This document shows, one piece after another, positions 49,335-59,551 of a stretch of 64,000 bases of DNA. Made by a program: the position numbers and the translations under genes. Below the pieces are notes generated by a model, which saw nothing but the letters and a program-made list of their open reading frames with translations, was not told the origin of the DNA and ran no database searches. The DNA comes from Nitrososphaerota archaeon (GTDB taxonomy: Archaea; Thermoproteota; Nitrososphaeria_A; Caldarchaeales; Caldarchaeaceae), in contig JBEPYN010000001.1 in NCBI GenBank assembly GCA_041641305.1, positions 160,001-224,000 of the forward strand. Direction: 5' to 3'. How positions within the stretch are numbered: position 1 is the first letter of the stretch; each line of letters opens with the position of its first letter.

Positions 49335-50043
49335 GCTTCTGAAGCAGGGGGATGGCTTCGATTTTTTCACGTGGCAACAGGTGCCAGATTATTCCGGATG
49401 GCTTCGGGTTTTTCGGACAGTTTATCACCCTCGTGTTGGTGAATATCCTGTCAACGGGTAGGTCGAAAGCCTCATGCGGTATGTTGTCAACAATTTGTAG
49501 GTCGTGGACCGTTGTGTAGATGGGTGTATCTTCATCGACTATGGAAAAGGTTCTGAGTAGAGCGTATTCAATCTCCGAATATCCCTCGCCTTTGCCCACT
49601 CTCCAGCCTTTGGGTGAAACAGCCACACTACCCGCAACCACCAAGTCGATGCTGGGCAGTTCTCTTAGCTCAACCTTTACACCGTATCTGAATGCGCCCG
49701 TTATGGTAGCCGCCTCTTTCAACGCGTGTTGAGGTAGTTTTCGCGGGTTTAGCATCAGAAAGCCTTGCCTGATTCGCGGCGTAGGCATGATGAGTTTTTT
49801 GCCGTCGCGGAGAACCATCCGGCGCACAGGTGCTTGGGGAGCGTCGGGGTTGACCTTGACAACCTCTGCAGAGCTGTAGTGTTTGCTTTTGCGGAGAAGG
49901 TTCGCCGCCTCAGCTGCACCCTTGAAGTTAGGTATCCTTCCAGCCACAGGGGTCGGAAAAGCCGCTACCCCACGTTCCTCGAGAAGACGCCAAACCCTCT
50001 CCCTAATCTCCTGCTTGGATGTTGCCGCGTCTCTAACCTCCAC
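49315..50043 (-). CDS. 5-formyltetrahydrofolate cyclo-ligase family (archaeal COG0212-type)
   Basis: GRIPNF, NPDAPQ, RVGKGEGYSEIEY. Confidence 0.88.
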   Translation of the reverse strand: MEVRDAATSKQEIRERVWRLLEERGVAAFPTPVAGRIPNFKGAAEAANLLRKSKHYSSAEVVKVNPDAPQAPVRRMVLRDGKKLIMPTPRIRQGFLMLNPRKLPQHALKEAATITGAFRYGVKVELRELPSIDLVVAGSVAVSPKGWRVGKGEGYSEIEYALLRTFSIVDEDTPIYTTVHDLQIVDNIPHEAFDLPVDRIFTNTRVINCPKNPKPSGIIWHLLPREKIEAIPLLQKLRVDGV

Positions 50044-52030
50044 GGCGAACCTCTTTCATAAGCTGTTCATAGCTCTCTTTAACCTCATCGACTGCGGCCT
50101 CATCCTCGAGTGTCGTCAAGTCTCCTAGGCTTCCGCCAGTTGCGACGGCTTTGAGAACACGACGCATGATTTTCCCGCTCCTTGTCTTAGGCAGCTTGGA
50201 GACAAACAAAACACTCGACGGCGAAGCTATCGCGCCATAGCTCTCTCTCACATGCTTTACCAACTGCTCAGCCATTTCCCCACTTCCTTGATAACCTGCT
50301 TTCAAAACCACGAATGCTACAGGCGTCTCTCCCTTGATTTCATCGGGGACGCCGACTACAGCGGCTTCCGCGACAGCTGCATGAGAAACGAGAGCAGACT
50401 CGAGCTCGTAGGTTCCTATCCTGTGTCCAGCAACTTTCAAGACCTCGTCAGCCCTGCCCGCAACCCAGATATATCCGTCAACGTCTTTGACAGCGTAGTC
50501 GCCGGTGAAAAACACACCATTCACCTTCTCCCAATAAACCTGCCTATATCTCTCCGGCTCATTCCACATACCAGTCGGAGGCCCGGGCATACCTGGCCAC
50601 GGCTTTCTGATCACAAGGTATCCCCTCTGACCGGGAGAGGCTGCCGCGCCTTTCTCGTCAACAACTTCTGCATCTATTCCTGGGATGGGTAAGCCATTTG
50701 TACCGGGTTTAAGCGGAGTGAGCATCAGCCCAGGCAAATGGCTTATCAATATTCCACCCGTCTCGGTCATCCACCATGTCGAGCCAACGGGGCATCTCTT
50801 CTCCCCCACCACTTCGTAAAGCCATCGCCATGCAGAGGGGTTTATCGGCTCGCCGACGCTATGAATTATCCTTAGGCTGGAGCGGTCGTGTTTCTGTACA
50901 GGCTCGTTTCCGAAGCGCATGAGCATCCTCACCGCCGTCGGCGTCGTGTAGAAAACCGTCACACCGTTTCTCTCTATGATTTGCCACCATCTCTCGACCG
51001 TGGGATAATCCGGTGTCCCCTCATACATCACGACGGTGGCGCCTGCCAGCAAGGGGCCGAAAACTATGTAGCTGTGCCCAGTCACCCAGCCTATGTCAGC
51101 CGTGCAGAAGTAGACGTCCTCGTCCCTGATGTCAAAAACCCATTTCATCGTCGCGCTGAGTAGAACCGCGTAGCCTCCTGTATCATGGATCAATCCTTTT
51201 GGCTTACCCGTCGTTCCCGAGGTGTATAACACGTAGAGCGGATGAGTCGCGTCGAGAGGCTCAGGCTCGACGCATGCGTTTTCGGGAACCGTTTTCAACA
51301 GGTCATGAAGCCAAGAATCACGCCCCTCCTTCATCGAGACCTCGTTTCCAGCCCGCCTCACAACCACAACCCTCTCCACACCGCTTAACTCGACAGCCTT
51401 ATCCGCCACATCCTTCAAGTTAATTAGACGACCTCTTCTGTAGAACCCGTCGGCAGTAACCAAAACCTTTGCACCGAGATCCTGAGCACGTAAAGCAAGG
51501 TTCTCTGCAGAGAAACCGCTGAACACCACAGTAAATATCACGCCTATACGTGCGAGGGCAAGCATGGTCATCGGAAGCTCCGGGATCATCGGAAGATAGA
51601 TGGCTACTCTGTCACCCTTTCTGAGCCCGAGGCTGAGAAACACCTGCGCAAGCCTGTTAACCTCTCGATAGAGCTCGTAGTAGGTGTACTTGCGTATACT
51701 CAGCGGCCTCCCGTCGGCGTCAACAGGCTCACCTTCCCAGATATATGCCACCTTGTTCCTCCTCCAGCTTTTCGCATGTCTGTCGAGACAGAGGTAGGAG
51801 ATGTTAAGCAAGCCCCCCACAAACCATTTGAAGACAAACGGATGTTCACCGGGCTCGAGAACACGCTCCCACGGCCTAAACCACTCAAGACCCTTTGCCT
51901 CCTTCTCCCAAAAACCAACCTGGTCCTCCACAGTTGCGCGCCAAAACCGCTTATACGTCTCGATGTCAACGCTCCTCTGCCGCCAATTCGGCAAAACTAT
52001 GTATTCTTCAAATGGCAAAGCCTCCGACAA
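50033..52030 (-). CDS. acs: Acetyl-CoA synthetase (AMP-forming)
   Basis: YTSGTTGKPKG, TADIGWVTGHSY, VGEPINP, PKTRSGKIMRR. Confidence 0.95.
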   Translation of the reverse strand: MSEALPFEEYIVLPNWRQRSVDIETYKRFWRATVEDQVGFWEKEAKGLEWFRPWERVLEPGEHPFVFKWFVGGLLNISYLCLDRHAKSWRRNKVAYIWEGEPVDADGRPLSIRKYTYYELYREVNRLAQVFLSLGLRKGDRVAIYLPMIPELPMTMLALARIGVIFTVVFSGFSAENLALRAQDLGAKVLVTADGFYRRGRLINLKDVADKAVELSGVERVVVVRRAGNEVSMKEGRDSWLHDLLKTVPENACVEPEPLDATHPLYVLYTSGTTGKPKGLIHDTGGYAVLLSATMKWVFDIRDEDVYFCTADIGWVTGHSYIVFGPLLAGATVVMYEGTPDYPTVERWWQIIERNGVTVFYTTPTAVRMLMRFGNEPVQKHDRSSLRIIHSVGEPINPSAWRWLYEVVGEKRCPVGSTWWMTETGGILISHLPGLMLTPLKPGTNGLPIPGIDAEVVDEKGAAASPGQRGYLVIRKPWPGMPGPPTGMWNEPERYRQVYWEKVNGVFFTGDYAVKDVDGYIWVAGRADEVLKVAGHRIGTYELESALVSHAAVAEAAVVGVPDEIKGETPVAFVVLKAGYQGSGEMAEQLVKHVRESYGAIASPSSVLFVSKLPKTRSGKIMRRVLKAVATGGSLGDLTTLEDEAAVDEVKESYEQLMKEVRRGG

Positions 52031-52127
52031 ACACTCTCGAGAAAAACGAAGCCGAAAAGTGATTTAAGCTTTTTTAAACAGGCGAAAAAATATAGGGTGG
52101 ACAAAAGTTTAGAAATGATGTAGTGTC

Positions 52128-52868
52128 ATGAATAGGATGTTTGAGTTTGTGGATAGTGTTGTCTCGGTTGGAAAGCCTTTGCTGGTGGGTTTTCCTGACA
52201 CGGGTTTGGCTGGGTCAATAGCCGTTTCTTACCTGGTGGAGCAGCTGAGGCCCGATGAGAAAGGATACGTTGACTCCGCGGAGCTTCCGCCAATCGTGCC
52301 CGTCAGAAGAGGGGTCCCCAAGGAGCTTATCCGAATATATGAATCTAGCAATTTTCTCACGATTCTCTCGGAGCTCCCTATTCCGCCGATGTTGATTAGG
52401 AATTTTTCTGAGGCTTTGATTGACTGGGCTGTGGAGAAGAAAGTTAGCTGGGTGGGCTGTTTGACTGGTGTGGCTGAGCCGAGACGTCTTGAGATTGATA
52501 CTCCTAAGGTGTTTGTTTTATCTGCTGAGCTGAGGAGAGCTGAGGAGCTGTCAAAGTTTCTCGACGCAGAGGTTTTTCAGGAAGGTTTTATCACGGGTGT
52601 ACATGCCGAGATACTTAGGCAGGGCATGAGAAGAAATTTAGAGGTAAACGTTTTGCTTGCCCAGGCCCATCTCAACTATCCTGACCCGGGTGCAGCGGCG
52701 CAGCTTCTCACACGGCTGCCCAAGCTCGTAAACGAGCATGTTGATGTTAAACCGCTTCTCGAGAGCGAGGAAAACATTAGAATACAGCTGCGTGACTTGA
52801 TGAGAAGGACCTCGGAGGCCATGGTCCAGAAATCCCGTGAAATGGAGCTGCCACCCGTTTACAGGTGA
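52128..52868 (+). CDS. PAC2-family proteasome assembly chaperone/activator (PbaB-like)
   Basis: GFPDTGLAGSIA, YPDPGAAA, L.ESEE.I; C-terminal V-Y-R matches HbYX. Confidence 0.88.
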   Translation: MNRMFEFVDSVVSVGKPLLVGFPDTGLAGSIAVSYLVEQLRPDEKGYVDSAELPPIVPVRRGVPKELIRIYESSNFLTILSELPIPPMLIRNFSEALIDWAVEKKVSWVGCLTGVAEPRRLEIDTPKVFVLSAELRRAEELSKFLDAEVFQEGFITGVHAEILRQGMRRNLEVNVLLAQAHLNYPDPGAAAQLLTRLPKLVNEHVDVKPLLESEENIRIQLRDLMRRTSEAMVQKSREMELPPVYR

Positions 52869-52875
52869 GAAAAAG

Positions 52876-53277
52876 ATGTCCGAGTCTCCTTGGGACTGGT
52901 TTAGAAGAATTCAGCGCAGAATGGAGGATGAGATGGAGCGAACCATGAGGATGATAAAGGAGGCTGAGATGAGAACAGGATGCCTAATGCCTCTTCACCA
53001 AATAGTTGACACAGAAAATGAATACGTCATAACAATCGACATGCCCGGAGCGGACAAGGAGAAAATAGACCTCTACGCCGACGAGAACCGCCTAACAATA
53101 GAAGCACCATGCAGACAAGACATCCCATCAGCACGATACGGAAACCGATACAGACTCATGATAGAGCTCCCAACAACCGTCGACATCTCAAACATCAAGG
53201 CCAGATACCTCCAAGGAGTACTCGAAGTCAGAATCCCGAAGAAAAAAACACGAGGCACAAAAATAAAGGTCGAGTAG
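52876..53277 (+). CDS. Small heat-shock protein (Hsp20)
   Basis: IDMPG, ELP, KARYLQGVLEVRIPK, C-terminal I-K-V. Confidence 0.9.
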   Translation: MSESPWDWFRRIQRRMEDEMERTMRMIKEAEMRTGCLMPLHQIVDTENEYVITIDMPGADKEKIDLYADENRLTIEAPCRQDIPSARYGNRYRLMIELPTTVDISNIKARYLQGVLEVRIPKKKTRGTKIKVE

Positions 53278-53353
53278 AGCCGACCATCTGAAAAGTCGTC
53301 GCTATGTGACTGACAGGGATAGAAATAAGAATCGCCTTTTTGTTCTATGGTTT

Positions 53354-53649
53354 GGGTGAGCGGCCGGGCGGGTCACCGGGAGCTCCGGAGGAAGTTCCTC
53401 CCCCGCGGGAGGCGCCGCGGCGCCGCGAGGCGCAGGGGGAGACCCCTGGCAACGCCGCAGAAACGAGACCTCCACCACGCAGTGGCCATGACTCGGCGCA
53501 TAAGCCGATGAGGAGCGTGGTGGATTGGTTGAAACGGGCGACCCACGGCGGGAAAGGCCGCTGGGCTGTGAGCAGCCTCCCCGAAGCCCGGCGGAAGCCG
53601 ATGAGACAAATCCCGCTTAAACAGAAGGAGGACTACGAGCCGCACACCC
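53354..53649 (+). ncRNA. rnpB: Archaeal RNase P RNA
   Basis: P1 GGGTG.GCGGC/GCCGCACACCC; CR-I GAGGAAGTTCCTCC pairs with ACAGAAGGAGGACTA (P4); GCAGAAACG and TGAAACG conserved loops. Confidence 0.93.
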
Positions 53650-53951
53650 CACATCTTGGCGGGAAGCCTACGTGTAAAATCTGTATGGGCATGTATTGTG
53701 GTTTGTCTCCGTTGTTATCGCTCACATAGATAGTTCTGCAGAGAGGGGTGCAGATAACAAGTAGGTATTTGGATGGTGGGAGAAATATGTTGGCATTAGC
53801 TGTTTCGTCTTATGCTTCTGTAGGATTTCTTGCTATAATTGAGAGCAATTTAGCTTGTCCATTGGGAGTGACGCTGAGATGATTAAACCGTTTCCATAAA
53901 ATTATGAAGCCGTATTACTTAACGCTCTCCTCTTCAGAGTCAACTCTTTTT

Positions 53952-54785
53952 CTAACCCTGTTTTATCAGTAGTGTTGAGCCGCATAGTCCGCAGAGGTAG
54001 CGGTCTTTTCTCAGCTTTTTGGCGTATGAGAATGGGGCGTCGCATACGGGGCATCGTAGGCCGGTTTCTCCGGCGAGGACGGCTCCACATTCGCTGCATA
54101 TCTTCGCCGTCAGCGGGTTGGCTGTTCTGCATTTGGGGCAGGTTTTTTGGCTGCCTTCTCTGAGAGGCTCGAGCTTGATGAGGGGCTGCGCAGGCCTCTG
54201 GATGGACGAGGTTTTGACCGGTGGCGGGAGCTGTGGAAACGTTTCAAGAGTCCTGTAGTGGGTTGCGCTGATTTTGCCTGAGGCTATCGCGGCTGCCAAA
54301 GCAGAAACAATTAGCACGCCCGCGCCCAGATAGAGAAATCCGCCTATTTCCTCGGGAAAACTCTGAAGAGACCCCGGCAAAACCGTGAACGCCACGTAGT
54401 CTATCGAGGCGACGCCCAAGATGTTGACCGATGCGGCGTGGAATGTTTTTACGCCGAGGTTTCTGGCGGCCGAGTTGTAGAGATAGAGCTCCGCGACCGA
54501 GTAGAGAGTCCATGTAAGTGCCGCGATTTGTAGGGCTTCACGGGGCATTGTCTCGATAAAAGTCAGCAGGACAACCAGAAACGTGGCAAACCCCAGCAAA
54601 AAGATAACAACAAAGGAGGCTGAGCCTATCCCCGTTCTTCGTCTAACTTCCCGCCAGCCCAACCCACGCAAAACAATCGAAAACGGGTATGTCAACATCG
54701 TTGGAAATAGAAGGTAGATGGCGAGCGGTGTCAGCGAAAGGCAGTTGAAAGCCGACAATACGTAGCCGATTGCCAGCTTCTTCAA
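53952..54785 (-). CDS. Membrane protein with C-terminal tandem Zn ribbons
   Basis: About 6 TM helices, Pro-rich linker, CPKC..CSEC and CPVC..CGLC. Confidence 0.75.
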   Translation of the reverse strand: MKKLAIGYVLSAFNCLSLTPLAIYLLFPTMLTYPFSIVLRGLGWREVRRRTGIGSASFVVIFLLGFATFLVVLLTFIETMPREALQIAALTWTLYSVAELYLYNSAARNLGVKTFHAASVNILGVASIDYVAFTVLPGSLQSFPEEIGGFLYLGAGVLIVSALAAAIASGKISATHYRTLETFPQLPPPVKTSSIQRPAQPLIKLEPLREGSQKTCPKCRTANPLTAKICSECGAVLAGETGLRCPVCDAPFSYAKKLRKDRYLCGLCGSTLLIKQG

Positions 54786-54819
54786 CGGTTTTACTCATTT
54801 TTGGTGGTTGAAATCTTTT

Positions 54820-55791
54820 TCAGATCCCGAGTAGCCTAGGTATTGTCTGAATAATCTCCATGGCTCCTGGCTGTATTTGGGCGCTTAGAACGGAGAGTCT
54901 ATCCACCTCCTCCCTCGTGAGCTGTATATTGCCCGCGGCCGCGTTGCTGAGGGCCTGCTCCCTGTTCTTGGCACCGGCTATGGCTACACAGCCCTCGTGT
55001 GCAAAGACCCACGCCAAAGCCACCTGCCCAACCGATACACCATACTTCTCCGCCAAAACCCGTAGCTCCGTCAACAAAGGCCCTATCCTCCCCAAATATC
55101 GCCGTGTAAAGAGTGGGTTAACTCTCCTTATGAAGTCTTTTGGAGGGTTGGTTGATGTGTATTTTCCTGTTAGAAGTCCCTGCGCAAGCGGGCTGTAGGC
55201 GAGAATGTTAATTTTTTCGCGGCTGCAGTATGGGATAAGGTCTTTCTCTATTTTTCGCTGGATTAGATTGTAGCGGACTTGGTTGGAGACGATGTCCTCG
55301 CTTTTGAGTGCTTGGCGTGCTTTGATGAGTTGACCGAGCGAGAAGTTGCTTACGCCGATGTAGCGGATTTTGCCGGTTTTGACGAGATGCTCCATAGCCC
55401 GCATCGTCTGAGTGATTGGGATGAGCGGGTTTGGAAGGTGGATTTGGTAGAGGTCGATGGTTTTGACGCCAAGCCTGTTGAGGCTTCTCTCACACGCTTC
55501 GATGACGCCGTTGTAGGTGAGATGATGAGGCGCAACCTTCGTAGCAATCAAAACCCTGTCCCCCAGCTCCTTAACCGCTTTTCCCACAATAATTTCCGAA
55601 ACCCCACCACCATACACCTCGGCCGTGTCTATCACGTTGACACCGGCCTCCACAGATGCGTAAACAGCCTCCAAACACTCCCTCTCACCATAGCTCTTGC
55701 CGTAGCCCCACGACCCTGAGCCGAACTGCCAAGCACCCAGCCAAACCACCGAAACCTTCTCACCCGTTCGGCCGAGCTCCGTGTAGAGCAT
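54820..55791 (-). CDS. Aldo/keto reductase
   Basis: DTAEVYG, ATK, DLYQIH, IGVSNF, YSPLAQGLLTGK. Confidence 0.93.
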   Translation of the reverse strand: MLYTELGRTGEKVSVVWLGAWQFGSGSWGYGKSYGERECLEAVYASVEAGVNVIDTAEVYGGGVSEIIVGKAVKELGDRVLIATKVAPHHLTYNGVIEACERSLNRLGVKTIDLYQIHLPNPLIPITQTMRAMEHLVKTGKIRYIGVSNFSLGQLIKARQALKSEDIVSNQVRYNLIQRKIEKDLIPYCSREKINILAYSPLAQGLLTGKYTSTNPPKDFIRRVNPLFTRRYLGRIGPLLTELRVLAEKYGVSVGQVALAWVFAHEGCVAIAGAKNREQALSNAAAGNIQLTREEVDRLSVLSAQIQPGAMEIIQTIPRLLGI

Positions 55792-55848
55792 AACAAACCA
55801 ACCCCTATCAGCAATATTAATTTCGGCTTGGCACCAGAACATGCTGGG

Positions 55849-57621
55849 ATGAGGATCGCTGAGATTGACCTTTCGGGGAAGAGTGTTGTGGTCCATGAGT
55901 TTCCTGATTTGTTTGAGGAGGGTGTGTGGGGTGGGAGATGTCTCGGCGTGGGGTTGATCGCACGGAACGCTTCTGTTAACGACGCACTCGACCCCGATAG
56001 CCCGCTTGTTGTGGCTGTCGGAAGCCTCGGCGGGACAGGCTTCCCACTCGGAAACCGTTTAACCCTCGTTTTCAGGTCTCCTCTGACAGGGACGATAGCG
56101 TGGGCCCACACAGGTGGATACGCGGCCTACACACTCGCAGCACTCGGCTTCTCAGCACTCTACATCACAGGCAGTCTCGACAAGCTTTCAGCCATGGTTT
56201 TGACCGATGATGGGATATCTTTTGTGGATGTTGAGGGGCTGCGCGGCCGCGGTGCTGTTGAGACTTGCGCGGCTATGCGGCTTCTGGCTGGTGATGCCCG
56301 TGTCCTCGCAATAGGTCCCGCAGGCGAGAAACAGCTACCCATAGCAACCGTTGTAAACGACATGGGCCGGAGCAGCGGCGTCAGACACGGTGCAGGATCT
56401 GTGTTCGGCTCGAAAAACCTCAAAGCCATAGTCATGCGGACCAAAAAACCCGCCCCCCTTCCGCGTAACCCGACACGTCACGCTCAGCTGATTAGGATGC
56501 TCAAGGCCAAACTCGACGCATCTCCTCTGCTCAACCTCGAGAAAGGATTGCTCGCCGTCCACGGGACCGCGGTGGCAGCTGAGGCCCTCGGCTCAAACGA
56601 AGTCATCCCACTCAAAAACTATACCCAGACAACCAGCGAAAAGTATCTATTGGTCGGCGGAAGGAGGCTGAGCGAAACCGTTCTAGTGAGAAGGATGACA
56701 TGCAGCTTTTGCCCTGTCTCTTGCAGGCGCGAAACCGTCGCATATGGTGTGAGGGGCGAGGGCCCCGACTATGCCCAGATATCATCGCTGGGGACAAACT
56801 GCATGGTATTCGACCTCGCTCAAATCTCCTACATGACGCAGCTCTGTTACGAGATGGGCGTCGACCCGATTGAGATGGGCAACAGCCTCGCGGTATATGC
56901 TGACCTCTCAGAGAAAAAGCTGGTCGGAAAAAGGCTGGAGTGGGGGGACTTCGAGACCATGTCCAGGTTCATCTACGAAGCGGGTTACGGAGGAGTGGTA
57001 GGAGAAATTCTTGGGAAAGGCGCCGCCTATACCGCACGATATCATGGAGCGGAGGAGCTGGCCCCCTCTGTGAAGAACATCAGCATCCAGAACGCTGACC
57101 CCAGAGCCGAGAAGGCATGGGGGGTGATAAACGCGGTCGAAAACTTCGGCGCAGGCTGCCACATCTGGGTATATCCCAACCTCGTCCAAAGCTTCAGACA
57201 ATACAATATACCAACCATCTTCGACAACGATGCATCAGAGGAGATCATAGCAAACCGCATCTACCGGAAACAGGCCGAGGTCGCGGCTCTCGACTCACTG
57301 GGTGTCTGCGCTTTTTCACGCCTCGTCTTCGACATCAGAGATTATCTTGACGGCCTCGAAACCGTATATGGACAGGATGTTGCAGACGTTTTTCTCGATG
57401 TGGGTGAATATGTTCTGCGGGTTGAGCGTTATCTAAACAATTTGTATGGGTTTGGTGATGCGGATGATAGGTTGCCGAGAAAGTTTACTGAGGAGCCTCT
57501 TCCATCGGGCAGGCACCGCGGCGAGGTATGCGATGTAGAAGAAATCCTTAGACACTACCGTCGAGTAAGGGCGTCGACCGATGTCTCCGGGTTTATCAAC
57601 AAGTTTCCTAAGCTAGGTTGA
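55849..57621 (+). CDS. Tungsten aldehyde:ferredoxin oxidoreductase family enzyme
   Basis: SPLTG, IGPAGE, GAGSVFGSKNLKAI, CSFCPVSC, EGPDY, DSLGVC, DRLP. Confidence 0.9.
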   Translation: MRIAEIDLSGKSVVVHEFPDLFEEGVWGGRCLGVGLIARNASVNDALDPDSPLVVAVGSLGGTGFPLGNRLTLVFRSPLTGTIAWAHTGGYAAYTLAALGFSALYITGSLDKLSAMVLTDDGISFVDVEGLRGRGAVETCAAMRLLAGDARVLAIGPAGEKQLPIATVVNDMGRSSGVRHGAGSVFGSKNLKAIVMRTKKPAPLPRNPTRHAQLIRMLKAKLDASPLLNLEKGLLAVHGTAVAAEALGSNEVIPLKNYTQTTSEKYLLVGGRRLSETVLVRRMTCSFCPVSCRRETVAYGVRGEGPDYAQISSLGTNCMVFDLAQISYMTQLCYEMGVDPIEMGNSLAVYADLSEKKLVGKRLEWGDFETMSRFIYEAGYGGVVGEILGKGAAYTARYHGAEELAPSVKNISIQNADPRAEKAWGVINAVENFGAGCHIWVYPNLVQSFRQYNIPTIFDNDASEEIIANRIYRKQAEVAALDSLGVCAFSRLVFDIRDYLDGLETVYGQDVADVFLDVGEYVLRVERYLNNLYGFGDADDRLPRKFTEEPLPSGRHRGEVCDVEEILRHYRRVRASTDVSGFINKFPKLG

Positions 57622-58065
57622 GCGGATGAAGAGGCTGAGGAGTTTGACGCCGAAGTCGAGTATGTCTCTCGAGGAGAGGACGCCGAGAGGCCTTCCCTCA
57701 TTATCAATCACGGGAATGTGGCGGATGTTGAAGTCCTTCATCTTTTCGAGAACAGATGCCACGTCTTCGTCGGCCGAGGCTGTTACGAGGTTTTTTGACA
57801 TGAGAGACTTTGCTTTGAGGTTTTTGCCAAGTAACAGGTGGGATGCTGCGTAAAGAATGTCCCGTTCCGTGATTATGCCCACAAGTTTACCATCATTGTC
57901 CAAAACAAGTATGCTTCCAACACCGTTGTCCCACATGGTTTTCGCAGCCTCCTCAACAGTGGCATCCTCCGAAACAACCACTGGGGGATAAGACATCAGG
58001 TCAGAGGCCTTAACAGGCGAATACCTAATAGACCGCTTAAACACAGGCACAACAAAAACATGCAC
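57613..58065 (-). CDS. CBS-pair protein
   Basis: GIITERD, IRHIPV, GVLSSRD. Start uncertain. Confidence 0.88.
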   Translation of the reverse strand: MHVFVVPVFKRSIRYSPVKASDLMSYPPVVVSEDATVEEAAKTMWDNGVGSILVLDNDGKLVGIITERDILYAASHLLLGKNLKAKSLMSKNLVTASADEDVASVLEKMKDFNIRHIPVIDNEGRPLGVLSSRDILDFGVKLLSLFIRST

Positions 58066-58136
58066 AACCCGTGATTAAATCTTTTGCGAAAAGTAAAGGT
58101 TAATCAAACACCTCGACAGCAATTGGTATGCCGGAG

Positions 58137-58211
58137 GCTCCGGTAGTATAGTCCGGTCAAGTATACCGGCCTTTCGAGCCGGTGACCCGGGTTCAAATCC
58201 CGGCCGGAGCA
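58137..58211 (+). tRNA. tRNA-Glu(TTC)
   Basis: GCTCCGG/CCGGAGC acceptor, CCGGC-CT-TTC-GA-GCCGG anticodon arm, GTTCAAATC T-loop. Confidence 0.95.
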
Positions 58212-58223
58212 TCACAAACACGG

Positions 58224-58904
58224 TCAGGCACTGGCCAAGTATTGTTTGACGAATGTGCCACCGCAGAATTTGGTGACTTGTTTGACAAGGTTCTCACCAG
58301 TGGATTGAAGATAGTCCACATCTATTCCCGGCACTCCACAAACCATCAAGAAAACGTGGCGTGTTTCGAGAGTCACCTTCGTTGCGTCGGCATCCCTGTA
58401 GGGATAAATTGCGATAAGCTTTTCATCATCCCTCACCACAACCTCTTTCCCTGTCAATTCAGCAGGTTTATCCATCCCTATACCGAGGAAAAACTCCCCA
58501 TTTCTGGATAAATCCATAACAAGTTCTCCCCTTAGTTTATCGGCGTCGAACGCGGCTATGGGGAGAAGAGACTGCATCGAGACGACGTTGTAGACATCAA
58601 CTAAGGTGTTGACCCTTGGAAAATCTCGGCCAGCCAAAACTCTTCTGAGCAGGGCCTCAGCCGAAGGTCTTGTCTTGGTAGGGTCTATGCCTATTCGCCA
58701 GAAAAAATCTCTGTAGGCCCTGATGAGCGGGTTCTGGACAAGCCTCTCCAAAACATGTTCCTTCTTTACAGCTTCCACAGCAGCGGAAATGTAGCTGATT
58801 AACTCAGGTTTTTCCCCACCGGTCTCCACCCCGACAAGCTCAGCACAATATACGCCGAGACCCGCGAATCTCTCACTAACGGCCTTAGAGAAAATGAGCT
58901 TCAT
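58224..58904 (-). CDS. Stand-alone B3/B4 (PheRS-beta-like) tRNA editing domain protein
   Basis: AYRDFF..IGIDPTKTRPSAEALLRR, NTLVDVYN, AFDAD. Confidence 0.9.
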   Translation of the reverse strand: MKLIFSKAVSERFAGLGVYCAELVGVETGGEKPELISYISAAVEAVKKEHVLERLVQNPLIRAYRDFFWRIGIDPTKTRPSAEALLRRVLAGRDFPRVNTLVDVYNVVSMQSLLPIAAFDADKLRGELVMDLSRNGEFFLGIGMDKPAELTGKEVVVRDDEKLIAIYPYRDADATKVTLETRHVFLMVCGVPGIDVDYLQSTGENLVKQVTKFCGGTFVKQYLASA

Positions 58905-58937
58905 CAGAGAAAAAAGTGTGTTGTTATTGAAAAATTT

Positions 58938-59363
58938 TTACGGCGGGTTGATTTTGATGGCTTTCGTCGGGCAGGAGGCTTCGCAAGCCATGCAGAATAT
59001 GCAGTCGGCCTCTCTTATTGGCTCGGATTTATCCGTCCGATATTTTTCATACAGCTCGCCCTCCAGCGGATAGAGGTCGTTGCCTGTCCCCGATCTTCCC
59101 GGGTTCAAGGCCCACTCGAATACGTTGACTGGGCAAACGTCCATACATATTCCGTCCGCTATGCAAGCCTCCCAATCAACGGCGACAATCTTCCCATGTA
59201 TTCCAAGCTTCGTCGGATATGGGTTGCCGTTGGCATCTAGGCGCTGAATACCCTCGGCCCTTACCTCGTGTCCGTTATGCGTACCAGTCACAGGATACTC
59301 GTCGGGCTTCTTTAGAAAGTCGGGGTCAATTGGCTTGGGCGCATAATCGACTTGTCTGACCAA
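58938..59363 (-). CDS. zfx: Zinc-containing 7Fe ferredoxin (Thermoplasma/Sulfolobus type)
   Basis: N-terminal H-N-G-H and LGIHG Zn site; CIADGIC..VCP and CIFCMACEASCP. TTG start inferred at 59363. Confidence 0.88.
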   Translation of the reverse strand: MVRQVDYAPKPIDPDFLKKPDEYPVTGTHNGHEVRAEGIQRLDANGNPYPTKLGIHGKIVAVDWEACIADGICMDVCPVNVFEWALNPGRSGTGNDLYPLEGELYEKYRTDKSEPIREADCIFCMACEASCPTKAIKINPP

Positions 59364-59476
59364 TTTCTCTCGGATTAAGAGCAAGTGTCCACAATATAAC
59401 GGTAACCACTTAACACCCGTTGTAAACCACTCACACACAACAAATATAAATAAACAAAGCCATCCGAGTAATCGCT

Positions 59477-59551
59477 GGGCCGGTAGCTCAGCATGGTCAG
59501 AGCGTTCGGCTGATAACCGAAAGGTCGGGAGTTCGAATCTCCCCCGGCCCA
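59477..59551 (+). tRNA. tRNA-Ile(GAT)
   Basis: GGGCCGG/CCGGCCC acceptor, TTCGG-CT-GAT-AA-CCGAA anticodon arm, GTTCGAATC T-loop. Confidence 0.95.

Noticed and set aside
53270-53315. Possible second C/D sRNA (two CTGA boxes, AGAGCCGAC partially antisense to 23S)
   Set aside because: No credible C or C' box, short spacing, and only a 9-nt match.
53340-53729. ORFs 53340..53729(+) and 53373..53654(-)
   Set aside because: They overlap the GC-rich RNase P RNA and are spurious.
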